From a virus (lineage: Duplodnaviria; Caudoviricetes), in the IMG/VR virus record IMGVR_UViG_3300005067_000004, positions 1 through 32,780 of that record: a stretch of DNA of 32,780 nt, one strand, 5' to 3'. Under the pieces are notes generated by a model. It made no database searches and was not told the origin of the DNA. It saw only the letters and a program-made list of their open reading frames with translations. This document shows, one piece after another, positions 1-8,796 of the stretch. Each line of letters opens with the position of its first letter. Position 1 is the first letter of the stretch. Position numbers and translations under genes: made by a program.

Positions 1-13
1 AAGAGTTTAAGTT

Positions 14-43
14 TTGACAATGGAATTGTGATAGAGTTATGAT
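14..43 (+). promoter_or_regulatory. Putative sigma70-type promoter
   Basis: TTGACA (14-19), 18-bp spacer, TATGAT (38-43), upstream of the first ORF of the packaging operon. Confidence 0.55.
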
Positions 44-84
44 AGGTAAAACTGATTATCTATTATATATAGGGGGAAGAAAAG

Positions 85-327
85 ATGAGATTAGTCAGAT
101 ATAAGAAGAGGGAAGAGTTGGTAAAGGTTGCGGATGATAATAGTAGTATGTTATCTGTTCGTGGGTTTTGGATGGTGGTTAAGGATGGAAAGATACATTA
201 TTGGTGGGATGGGTATAATGCGAATATTGTGTTAGAGATGTTATTGAAAGCGGAAGGATTTAATGCTTCGCAGATTGATTCCATTCTTACGTGTATGGAG
301 AATTGGGATCTGGTAATTAATGAGTAG
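85..327 (+). CDS. Hypothetical protein (80 aa)
   Basis: ATG preceded by purine-rich AGGGGGAAG; co-directional with the operon; no recognisable motif. Confidence 0.65.
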   Translation: MRLVRYKKREELVKVADDNSSMLSVRGFWMVVKDGKIHYWWDGYNANIVLEMLLKAEGFNASQIDSILTCMENWDLVINE

Positions 328-342
328 GATAGGAGGGTATGT

Positions 343-1203
343 ATGGCAGATTCAGATGGTAGATGGAAAAGGCAGAAGGGGATTCCTATTAAGGTGAATA
401 ATCATCTTGGAGATGGAAAGTTGGAGAAAGGCAGATGGGGAAAGATTTATTTATTGGCATGGGATTTTGCCCATACATGTGCGTACGAGGATTGTCCATT
501 ATATGAGATATGTGAATATGTGAAAACGAAGCAGATGGATAGGGAAAAGGTTGGTGGTACATATTACACTAACAAGTGTATGCTTCAGGGCAGGTATTTA
601 AAGTCGGTAATCAGGGCGGTAATTCAGAAAGTGGATGCGGAAAAGGATGTGACTGAGGAAGGTGTTCTTCGGTTGGGTTACCACATATTGCCATTATATG
701 CTCAGTTGTTTAAATTCAAGATGTGGGAGTATGGTAATCATGAATTAATTTATATATCGGAGAAAGGAACACCGAAAGTTCATCCCGTGTATAAGGAAAT
801 TCGTGAGATTGTGAAAACGATTGAAAGCGTGTGGTCGAAATTTAATGGTCCTGGAAAGAAGAATAAGAAATCAGCTGGCGAGATTGGGGATCTTGCGTAT
901 GTAGATGCGATGTTTCATGAGATGGGTGAAGAAGCTGCACAGAAAGCTGCAAGTACAATGGTGTCTAAGGATGAGAATGAGGATGGTGAAGCAATAGATT
1001 TTGATAAGATTGAGGATAATTTGTACGGAGATCAGAAACCGCAGAGAGTGAAGCGAAAACGGAAGAAGAAAAAAAAGAAAAAGCGGAAGAAAAAGGTAAG
1101 CGAGTATCAGAAGAAGAAAGAAGAGGCGAGACAGGAGCTTCGGAGAAAGAAACTTAAAATGATAGGAAAAGAATATTTAATTGGTGAGGATGAGGAAGAA
1201 TAA
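343..1203 (+). CDS. Probable terminase small subunit (286 aa, Cys cluster, poly-Lys C-terminal region)
   Basis: Directly upstream of the large terminase; SD AGGAGG; 'KGTPKVHP' resembles the 'G.pk.hP' motif of P27-type small terminases; very basic tail. Mainly positional. Confidence 0.6.
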   Translation: MADSDGRWKRQKGIPIKVNNHLGDGKLEKGRWGKIYLLAWDFAHTCAYEDCPLYEICEYVKTKQMDREKVGGTYYTNKCMLQGRYLKSVIRAVIQKVDAEKDVTEEGVLRLGYHILPLYAQLFKFKMWEYGNHELIYISEKGTPKVHPVYKEIREIVKTIESVWSKFNGPGKKNKKSAGEIGDLAYVDAMFHEMGEEAAQKAASTMVSKDENEDGEAIDFDKIEDNLYGDQKPQRVKRKRKKKKKKKRKKKVSEYQKKKEEARQELRRKKLKMIGKEYLIGEDEEE

Positions 1204-1205
1204 GT

Positions 1206-3107
1206 ATGGAACGTCTTGACGTATCACGTATACCTATATATCAGAATGGGGCTGATGGCTTTTTTAAGTTTGTTGAGGAGAACGTACGGTTTGAGATCCC
1301 CATACGAAATTCTCAGATGAAGAAATGGATGTATCCGACAGAACTTCCTGACACACCTGATCCTGTTACAGGTAAATCTTTCAAACAATTCTGGGAACAG
1401 CAGAAGAATGAGATACGTCCTGCGCTTGCGATGAAGGACGGAAAATTTAAGCATAAGGTTATTGTATTATGTTGGCCCCGTGGTGAGGGCAAATCCTTTG
1501 TGGTTGTTCTCTTACAGTTATGGAAATTCTTCTGCTTCCCTCGTCAGTTGATCGTGTTTGGTGCTCTTTCAAAGGATCAGACACGATTTGTGCATTATGA
1601 TATTTCTCAGAACATCATTTTAAATAGTCCGAAGCTGCTTAATATTATTGGTAAGAACAATGTGCAGCACGGCAAACTGTTTCTAAAAAATAGTATGGAA
1701 GAAATCACATCTTCTATTCAGCCTATTTCCAGCTTTTCTGGCATTGTTTCCAATATTACTGGATATACGTTTTCAGAAATGTTTGACATGAAAGATCCGA
1801 AGTTCTTTGTTCAGCTTGATGGCTCAACCCGTAACATCATCAATTCACTGGGTACAATCGACTCCACTGTTTCTACAAAAGAGCATATTCTGTACAAGCT
1901 GTATAAAGCTTTTATGTCTGGAAGTGATCAACTGCTGTATTTTTCACATAGAGCAGCTCCTAATGCTGTGCAAGAAGAATACTGGCATCCCCATATGGAT
2001 AATCAGCAGTTGAAATCTTTTAGGCACAGATATCCCCCTGCTGAGTTTGACAGATACTTCAGAAACTCATGGGAACTTGACAGTGGTAAATTATTTTCTG
2101 AGTCACTTGTTAAGTCAGTTTTTTATTATGGCTATATAAATGATAAGGGCAATGAAGAGCTTGATGATGGTGGCGTATTAAACATTTGTAATGAGATCGC
2201 AGAAACGTATGCAAAAGCTAAAGCAAGAGACAAGCGCAGCAATCCGCAAGCAAAGAGAAGAAGAAGACATACTGCTGTTAAAGACCTTGAGAGAACAAAA
2301 AAGAAGCTCGGAATACTTGAGGGTAAACTTTTACCAACTGATCATCTGTACCAATTACATAAGTCCACAATTCCTGCTTGTGCCACAATTGAGGATTTGG
2401 GGCGTCTTACTGAAAAGTACAATACGTATTGGAGCATACATGCTGGAATAGATAGATCAGATCCTATGGCAAAAAGTCCCTCTGCACGTACAATTGTAAC
2501 TGCCATAGCAAAGGGATTGACAGATAGTCGAACCAGACATAACATCGGAAGTGAGAGTGAGGTTCCAGAATACCTTTATTTTCTTATTCATCTTGCACAT
2601 GTTGAAGATGCTACACTGGAAGGTATTAAAAGGGAGTTGAAAACAGTCTATAATGAATTTGATGGAATTGACACATTGTGTTCAGAGCGTTGGGGAGCTT
2701 GGGACTTAGCTCCCTGGTGTGAGGAACATGAAATTCAGTTTGAGGCTGTTCATCCAAGTTTTGACCTTCAAAAGAAAGCTTTTTCTGAGCTTTTTATCGC
2801 AGTCCGCAACGGACGTTTTAAATCTCCCGCCATTTATATATCAGGTGTTAATAAGAGCAATATTCTTTGGGAAGAATTGGAGATGTTTGATTATGATCCC
2901 CAAAAGAAATGGTACGGAAGTCCACAAAAGAATGAACGATTTGGCGTACAAGATGACGCTGTTTTTTCTCTTGGTTGGGGACTCTATGGAAGTAGAGAAT
3001 ACGGTGTGGAGTCATTTAGAGAAAGACAAGCTAATTCATTCTTTGGGATTTATGTTCCCAATAAGAACAATCATGCAGACTATAGAGAGGTAAGAAGCAA
3101 TGGCTGA
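1206..3107 (+). CDS. terL: Terminase large subunit
   Basis: Adenine-binding 'FWEQQ', Walker A 'VLCWPRGEGKS', 'GALSKDQT', Walker-B-like 'GYTFSE', coupling motif 'DST', nuclease acidic residues in 'AGIDRS' and 'QDDAVFS'. Confidence 0.92.
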   Translation: MERLDVSRIPIYQNGADGFFKFVEENVRFEIPIRNSQMKKWMYPTELPDTPDPVTGKSFKQFWEQQKNEIRPALAMKDGKFKHKVIVLCWPRGEGKSFVVVLLQLWKFFCFPRQLIVFGALSKDQTRFVHYDISQNIILNSPKLLNIIGKNNVQHGKLFLKNSMEEITSSIQPISSFSGIVSNITGYTFSEMFDMKDPKFFVQLDGSTRNIINSLGTIDSTVSTKEHILYKLYKAFMSGSDQLLYFSHRAAPNAVQEEYWHPHMDNQQLKSFRHRYPPAEFDRYFRNSWELDSGKLFSESLVKSVFYYGYINDKGNEELDDGGVLNICNEIAETYAKAKARDKRSNPQAKRRRRHTAVKDLERTKKKLGILEGKLLPTDHLYQLHKSTIPACATIEDLGRLTEKYNTYWSIHAGIDRSDPMAKSPSARTIVTAIAKGLTDSRTRHNIGSESEVPEYLYFLIHLAHVEDATLEGIKRELKTVYNEFDGIDTLCSERWGAWDLAPWCEEHEIQFEAVHPSFDLQKKAFSELFIAVRNGRFKSPAIYISGVNKSNILWEELEMFDYDPQKKWYGSPQKNERFGVQDDAVFSLGWGLYGSREYGVESFRERQANSFFGIYVPNKNNHADYREVRSNG

Positions 3108-4734
3108 CGCAACACTCAATCTTGCAGATGAGAAAGCTGTAAATCTGCTCGATACATTATCAGATGATATGCTGAAGTCCTTTTCCTTTCCTATTTTTAC
3201 ACAGGGAAGAGCGACAGAGCGTGTTGTGGATGCTGATGGCTTTCCTGAAGTCTCTTCTGAATATCTTCATGATCTACATGAGCTTCAAAAGCTATGTTGG
3301 GACAAAGCAGAATCTAATCCACAGATTAATTCTCATGTCCGTGACTTTATGGGCAGAATGGCAGGATGGGGTTTTGGATTTAGTTCTGACTATCTTAAAG
3401 TCCAAACTGCTGTTGATGAGATCATGGAAGATCCCCGTAATGATTTGTATCAGAGCTTTCCTAAATTTGTAGCGCGTTCTGAGATCGAGGGTGAGCTTTT
3501 TTTAATGTACACACTGCATACTGATGGTTTTGTTGAGGTTGATTTTATATCACCAAGAACAATCAGAGGTGGTGGAGATAATGGATCTGGAATAATTTTT
3601 CATCCCACCAAACAAACTTTTCCTTTATTTTATAATGCACAGTTCAAAACCCGCACAAAAGAAGGAACTGACTCAAACACAGTTTTAATTCCATCTATTA
3701 ATATAGCGTACTATCCTGAGCTTGAGAAAGAAGTTGAAAATCACCCATCATATGAAGTGAAGAAGACACTGAAAAGTAAAAGTGATGATCCAATATATAC
3801 ACAGTTTAATGGATACTACCGCTTCATTGTTCACTGGAATCGTGGTTTTCTCACTCAACGCAATGTGTCACATATACGTACTACAATTGAATGGGTGAAT
3901 TATTATGAAGCTTTAAAAAAATATGAAATTGATCATAAGAAATCAAGCGGTGCATATCTTTGGGTAATTAAAATTGATGATACGCAAGCCTTTCGTAGAT
4001 GGCTTGCTATGTCTGAAGAAGATCGTAAAAAAACAGGTGTAATGCAGACGAAAGATCCTGGTGGAACTCTTGTACTTCCCCCCGGTATGTCTGTTGATGT
4101 GGCTAATCCGAAATTGCCTAATATATCTGATCAAGATACAGATATTATGCAGATGGTAAGCTCTGGATTACAGAAGCCTCAAGATGTAATGCTTGGTGAC
4201 TACAGAAGTACATACGCATCTGTGAAAGCATCTCAGGGACCACAGGGGGATCGTATAAATGATGAACTGCATTACTTCAAATTATTTTTACAATACAATT
4301 TCTGGCGTCCCATCTTTTTTCTGCGTTCTGTTGCTAAGAAAGATTTTAAGCCGTACAGGTATATAAGGGAAACAATTCGATTTGAAAATGGAGAACCAGT
4401 TTATGGTCGTGTGAAGAAAGAGGTGTATAAACTTGTGGATATATGTCTGCCAGTTTCAAGACTTGAGGATATAGAGTCCATTGCAAGAGCATTTCTTGGA
4501 TCAAAACATGCATCAATTATTGATACTTTAGGAATCCCGAGACGGGAGATTGCACGTAGACTTGGTTTTCCAAATTATGGTAAGCTGAGAAAAGAAAAAT
4601 CTATGGAGGATGAGGAATTTCCTGAAACGTTATCTGTAGTTGATCAAGAATCTGCACAGGAGAAACAGGAAGCTGAACCTTCCAAGGAGAAGAAAGAAAA
4701 TGGCACAAAAAAGAAGCCAGCCGGGAGTGCCTAA
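3100..4734 (+). CDS. Portal protein
   Basis: 544 aa, overlaps the terL stop, lies between terminase and prohead protease; 'SEIEGELF' and 'YASVKA' resemble portal motifs; charged C-terminal tail. Confidence 0.8.
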   Translation: MADATLNLADEKAVNLLDTLSDDMLKSFSFPIFTQGRATERVVDADGFPEVSSEYLHDLHELQKLCWDKAESNPQINSHVRDFMGRMAGWGFGFSSDYLKVQTAVDEIMEDPRNDLYQSFPKFVARSEIEGELFLMYTLHTDGFVEVDFISPRTIRGGGDNGSGIIFHPTKQTFPLFYNAQFKTRTKEGTDSNTVLIPSINIAYYPELEKEVENHPSYEVKKTLKSKSDDPIYTQFNGYYRFIVHWNRGFLTQRNVSHIRTTIEWVNYYEALKKYEIDHKKSSGAYLWVIKIDDTQAFRRWLAMSEEDRKKTGVMQTKDPGGTLVLPPGMSVDVANPKLPNISDQDTDIMQMVSSGLQKPQDVMLGDYRSTYASVKASQGPQGDRINDELHYFKLFLQYNFWRPIFFLRSVAKKDFKPYRYIRETIRFENGEPVYGRVKKEVYKLVDICLPVSRLEDIESIARAFLGSKHASIIDTLGIPRREIARRLGFPNYGKLRKEKSMEDEEFPETLSVVDQESAQEKQEAEPSKEKKENGTKKKPAGSA

Positions 4735-4834
4735 AAGAGATGGTTCTGGAAAAGGCACTCGTGCAAATAAAGGACGTGGAGGATGCACACCTCCACGTAG
4801 TAAAGGACATATTACACAAGTACAACATAAATAA
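4700..4834 (+). CDS. Small basic Gly/Arg/Lys-rich protein (44 aa, MAQKRSQPGVPKRDGSGKGTRANKGRGGC...)
   Basis: ATG at 4700 with SD AAGGAG about 10 nt upstream, overlapping the portal 3' end; in frame with track ORF 4640..4834. Confidence 0.55.
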   Translation: MAQKRSQPGVPKRDGSGKGTRANKGRGGCTPPRSKGHITQVQHK

Positions 4835-4857
4835 AATTCTCGTGAAGGAAAGCAGTG

Positions 4858-5062
4858 ATGCCCCTGGAGCGCCTCGGATGCAAAGAAACATAAAAAGGGA
4901 CTTAATAAACAACAGGCTCAAAAATGGGCCTCAATCGCCAATTCGGTCCTTGAACAGTGCCTTAAAGATGGAGGCAAGCAGAAGGCGTGTGAAAGCAAGG
5001 CAATCAAAGTAGCGAATTCTAAGGTTGGCAATAACAATCAAAGTGAAGAGGAGGTGAGCGGT
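4858..5062 (+). other. Out-of-frame N-terminal extension of the prohead protease (ChaB-like helical domain; +1 frameshift or single-base insertion at ATG CCC C)
   Basis: SD AAGGA (4845-4849), ATG 4858, CCCC, then an open frame from TGG 4865 continuous with the protease: (MP)WSASDAKKHKKGLNKQQAQKWASIANSVLEQCLKDGGKQKACESKAIKVANSKV... Confidence 0.7.
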
Positions 5063-6253
5063 GTGAAGACAAAGAAACTGAAGATCCCTAAAAAGGCATT
5101 ATGCTTCAGTGAAGATGTTGACATCCAGTTGTCGGATGCAGATGAGGACGGTAATCGTTACTTCTCTATGAAAGCATACAGTGGCAAGCCCATTAAGGAT
5201 TTTCTCTTTTGGGGTGATCTTGCTATAGATGTATCTGGAGTCAAATGCGCTCAGAAGAGGATTCCGATTCTTGAGCAACATCGGATTGATAAAAAGATTG
5301 GAGTTTCAAATACGCCTCCATCTTTTGATAAGAATCAGATCAACTTTGAGAAGATCAAAGTGCTGAAAAATGATGTTGCGAATGAGTTTGTGCAGAATCT
5401 GGATGAAGGTTTTCCGTACCAGGCTTCTATTTCAATTCGTCCTATTAAGATTGAAGAAGTGGCTGAAGATGGAAAAGCTGAAGTAAATGGTTATAAACTC
5501 AAAGGACCTGCTCAGATTATTAGAGAAGGTGTTCTCAGAGAAGCATCTGTATGTGTATTTGGAGCTGATCCTAATACATCTATTGCATCTCTTTCTGATG
5601 AGACTGAGGAGTTTGAAGTTGAAGTATTTTCATTGACTGAGAAAGAAGAAGAGGATTTTGATGATGACAATGACAAAACTGGAGGGAAGTCTATGACTTT
5701 GAAAGAACTGAAGGAAAAGTTCCCTGAACTGTTCAAACAGATTCAGGATGACGCAACAAGTGCTCTTTCTGAAGAGAATAAAACTTTGAAGGAAGAGAAC
5801 GCGGATCTGAAACAGAAAGTTGATGCTCTGGAACAAGAGAAGAAGGATCTGACTGAGAAAGACAAAGAGAACGAGAAACGCATTGCAAGACTGGAAGCTG
5901 CTGAAGAGATCCGTAAGCAGAAGGATATGGCTGCTGAGGCTGCTTCTATTGTTGATGTTAAACTTGCTGCAAGTGACATTCCTGAGCGTCTGTATCATCG
6001 TATCAAGAAGCAGATCGACTTCAATGAGTATGTAAAAGAAGATGCTCTGGATGTTGAAAATTTCTCTGCTTTCGTTGATGAAGAAGTAAAGTCGTGGGCA
6101 GATGAGCTTTCTGCTGAGTTCACTCAGAAGAAAAATAAAACTGTTCTTGGACTCAGCGATTCTACACATCATGAAGATAAGAATCAGGAGTATGAGGATC
6201 TTTCTGATGAGTTGGTTTCTCTGGCTGGTGTGAAGATTGATAAAAAGGAATAA
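5063..6253 (+). CDS. Prohead (capsid maturation) protease with C-terminal scaffold
   Basis: 'AYSG', 'PILEQH', 'GFPYQASISI' and 'LREASVCVFGADPNT' are typical of HK97/Mu-type maturation proteases; coiled-coil C-half. GTG 5063 follows SD GGAGGTGA (track start is 5054). Confidence 0.88.
   Translation: MKTKKLKIPKKALCFSEDVDIQLSDADEDGNRYFSMKAYSGKPIKDFLFWGDLAIDVSGVKCAQKRIPILEQHRIDKKIGVSNTPPSFDKNQINFEKIKVLKNDVANEFVQNLDEGFPYQASISIRPIKIEEVAEDGKAEVNGYKLKGPAQIIREGVLREASVCVFGADPNTSIASLSDETEEFEVEVFSLTEKEEEDFDDDNDKTGGKSMTLKELKEKFPELFKQIQDDATSALSEENKTLKEENADLKQKVDALEQEKKDLTEKDKENEKRIARLEAAEEIRKQKDMAAEAASIVDVKLAASDIPERLYHRIKKQIDFNEYVKEDALDVENFSAFVDEEVKSWADELSAEFTQKKNKTVLGLSDSTHHEDKNQEYEDLSDELVSLAGVKIDKKE
5693..6253 (+). 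CDS. Nested in-frame scaffolding protein (internal start)
   Basis: SD GGAGGG (5681-5686) then in-frame ATG 5693 'MTLKELKEKFPEL', following an acidic linker; coiled-coil product. Confidence 0.7.
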   Translation: MTLKELKEKFPELFKQIQDDATSALSEENKTLKEENADLKQKVDALEQEKKDLTEKDKENEKRIARLEAAEEIRKQKDMAAEAASIVDVKLAASDIPERLYHRIKKQIDFNEYVKEDALDVENFSAFVDEEVKSWADELSAEFTQKKNKTVLGLSDSTHHEDKNQEYEDLSDELVSLAGVKIDKKE

Positions 6254-6280
6254 TTTAACTATTTATAAGGAGGCATTTCT

Positions 6281-7027
6281 ATGACTATTCCGGGCTATGA
6301 TTTTTATAGGGATCAGGTTCCTGGTCTTGTGCGTACCACAGGGGGTCTCGGCGGGGATATTCCTCAGCAGACTATTAAGGGGCATTCTGTTCTTTTTCAC
6401 AAACGTTTGTATAAGAGCCCCCGTGAGGTAGCTCTGTTGCTTGATAAAACTCTTCGGGGGGGTTACGGTGTTCTTGAGATTGGAACTGTGCTTGCTACAG
6501 ATCAGAATGATACGGATAAGCTTGTGCCGTACACACCTGATACTATTGCATACACAGATGTTTCCCGTGTATTTCTGCTCAATGATTGCAGTAATGCGGA
6601 TAACTTTTATGTGGATTTGATGGAGTCTTATAAGCTTGCTGTAGGCGACACTATTGTTATGTCCAATACAGACGATGATTATGAGGATGAAGAAATAGAA
6701 TCCATTGACAGAACCACATACGCAAGTCTTGGAAAAGCACTTGTTACCGTTGTTGGCACTGCTGCGGCTGATTATACTGTTGCTAAAAAAGGTAATTGCT
6801 ATGTAAAGGCAGAGGATGACACTTCAGGCAATAAGAATTCTAAAGCTACGTACATTCTTGAAATGGAAGTAGACACAGGCGCAGGTGAGGATGCTGAAGG
6901 TGGTCTTGGCACTGTGCTGCTGTCAAATGCTATTATTTATCAGTCTGATTGTCCCAATATGGACACACAGGCGATTACTGATCTTGGCAATGTGTCTTCT
7001 GACGGTATCTATTACATTATTAAATAA
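6281..7027 (+). CDS. Head decoration protein (lambda gpD-like position) with inserted domain
   Basis: Between scaffold and capsid gene; 'GYGVLEIGTVLA...KLVPY' and 'ATYIL' match the decoration-protein pattern; SD TAAGGAGG. Confidence 0.7.
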   Translation: MTIPGYDFYRDQVPGLVRTTGGLGGDIPQQTIKGHSVLFHKRLYKSPREVALLLDKTLRGGYGVLEIGTVLATDQNDTDKLVPYTPDTIAYTDVSRVFLLNDCSNADNFYVDLMESYKLAVGDTIVMSNTDDDYEDEEIESIDRTTYASLGKALVTVVGTAAADYTVAKKGNCYVKAEDDTSGNKNSKATYILEMEVDTGAGEDAEGGLGTVLLSNAIIYQSDCPNMDTQAITDLGNVSSDGIYYIIK

Positions 7028-7057
7028 CTATTTTGAAAAGGCATAGGAGGTAATTTT

Positions 7058-8293
7058 ATGAAAGGTATTCCTGCTGAACTGCATCATGAGACACTGAATA
7101 AGACTCTCCAGAAGATGCCTACTCCGTCGAACTTGATCTTTACCAATATGTTCGATGCTGTCCGTTACGAGTCCGATAGGATTCGTTGGATTCTTGAGTA
7201 TGGCACTGCTGGAATGACCCCGTTTGTTGCTCCGGGCTCTCCTGCCCCGACAATGGGCGATGATGGTTTTTACAACGAAGGAAGCGCAGCCGCAGCCTAC
7301 TGGAAAGAAAAGGTTTTTATTGATGAAGTGAGACTGAACAATCTGCGTGACCCCCTGACCCCTCAGCAGAGACAAGAGGCGCGACGGCAGATCGCGCGTC
7401 AGCAGATGCGGCTGAAGAATCGCTGTTCTCGTAGGCGTGAGTGGATGCTTGCAAAAGCATTCTTCGATCATGGCTTTACATATCAGCGTGAAGGCGGTAC
7501 AAAGTTTACTGTTAGCTATGGAGTTCCTACCCATCACAGTGTATCTCTTACCGGGAATGATGTCTGGTGGGATGATACTACAGATGCCCCTGGATCTACT
7601 GCAACTCCGATCCGGGATATTTTTGATGCTGTGTCTGATTACGCTGATGATGTTGGTGCTCCCATTGAGTATTCATTTATGAATACCACTGTCCTGAAGT
7701 ATCTCATGTTTAATGCTGATCTTCAGACTTTGCTCCAGAAATCTGCGTTTGGAGAAGGGGATCTGTTCTCCAATCCTGCTGGCGTTATGTCTCGTCTGCT
7801 TGGACTTGGAAATCTGATTGTTTATGACGATCTGTTTGAGGTATCTGCATGGATCACCACCTCTTCTTCTGCTGGAGATTCTACTGTTTATATTGACGAC
7901 CCCACTGATTTTGAGGCTGGTGAGAAAGTGCGTCTGTATAAACTGAATACTCCGTTTACGTATGAAGAAGCTACCATTAGTTCTGTGAGTATTGCCAATA
8001 ACAGCCTTACTTTTACCGATACTTTGACCTACGCATACAGTGCGAATAAAGATCGTGTGATCATGCGGAAAAAGTTCATTGGTGATGATAAGGTCAGTTT
8101 CTTTCGGTCTACTCTTGACGGTGAGAAGATTGCTGAGTTCATGGAAGCGCCTTTCGGACTGAATCGTACTTGGGGTATGTATGCAGACTCGAAGGAAGAG
8201 TGGGATCCTGATGGGGTGTGGATGCGTGTACAGAACAAGGGACTTCCCGTTATTTATCATCCTTCGGTAATGTATTCACTGACTGTAAAATAA
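7058..8293 (+). CDS. Major capsid protein (lambda gpE-like family)
   Basis: 'MTPFVAPGSPA', 'RRREWMLAKA', 'PIRDI', 'WDPDG..MRVQ..GLPV' are characteristic of gpE-type capsids; strong SD. Confidence 0.9.
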   Translation: MKGIPAELHHETLNKTLQKMPTPSNLIFTNMFDAVRYESDRIRWILEYGTAGMTPFVAPGSPAPTMGDDGFYNEGSAAAAYWKEKVFIDEVRLNNLRDPLTPQQRQEARRQIARQQMRLKNRCSRRREWMLAKAFFDHGFTYQREGGTKFTVSYGVPTHHSVSLTGNDVWWDDTTDAPGSTATPIRDIFDAVSDYADDVGAPIEYSFMNTTVLKYLMFNADLQTLLQKSAFGEGDLFSNPAGVMSRLLGLGNLIVYDDLFEVSAWITTSSSAGDSTVYIDDPTDFEAGEKVRLYKLNTPFTYEEATISSVSIANNSLTFTDTLTYAYSANKDRVIMRKKFIGDDKVSFFRSTLDGEKIAEFMEAPFGLNRTWGMYADSKEEWDPDGVWMRVQNKGLPVIYHPSVMYSLTVK

Positions 8294-8306
8294 ATAGGAG
8301 GGAATT

Positions 8307-8768
8307 ATGGGTCAAAATAAATTGCCGTTTCCCTCTCCGTCATTTCCTAAAATGGTCAGAGGGGCGATGCAGAACAATGAGATTGCTGTTCAGACCCTCA
8401 GTTACGGATATAGTGGTGAACTTACGTCTGGTGAGACAGGACAGCCGCTTGGTGCTGTAACTGAAGATGGCACACTTGTTGATTTTGTTGTGTCTGTTGA
8501 GAATCAGGGGAGAGACGATACAGATGATCTTTCTGTTGGAGCTGATCTGTTGCTTAATGGTGTGTCTGTTATCAGCGGTGAAGTGACTCTTGAGGGTGTT
8601 AGTGGGGAAGCCCCGTCTTCAGCAGTTGGATCTACTCCTACTTTTACCACGACTTCTGTGAGTAGGGGTGATCGTCTGTCTATTGTTCTTAATCTTACGA
8701 GAACAACTCCTGATACTGAAATGAAGAATCTTTTTGCAACAGTTAAGATTGTTCCTGTGCTCGAATAA
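8307..8768 (+). CDS. Putative capsid-associated beta-sandwich protein (153 aa)
   Basis: Directly after the capsid gene; Thr/Ser/Val-rich, beta-like ('SVSRGDRLSIVL'); SD AGGAGG. Confidence 0.55.
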   Translation: MGQNKLPFPSPSFPKMVRGAMQNNEIAVQTLSYGYSGELTSGETGQPLGAVTEDGTLVDFVVSVENQGRDDTDDLSVGADLLLNGVSVISGEVTLEGVSGEAPSSAVGSTPTFTTTSVSRGDRLSIVLNLTRTTPDTEMKNLFATVKIVPVLE

Positions 8769-8796
8769 TCCATAAATGAAAGGAGAACGCAGTCAT

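Noticed and set aside
1051-1100. A-rich tract in the small terminase as a frameshift or phase-variation site
   Set aside because: It encodes poly-Lys with mixed AAG/AAA codons and the frame continues normally to the terL junction.
1206-3107. Intein or intron in the terminase
   Set aside because: Continuous ORF with no intein splice motifs or endonuclease domain seen.
4740-5012. Track ORF of 90 aa between portal and protease
   Set aside because: It overlaps two better-supported frames (the 44-aa peptide and the protease extension) and has no recognisable motif.
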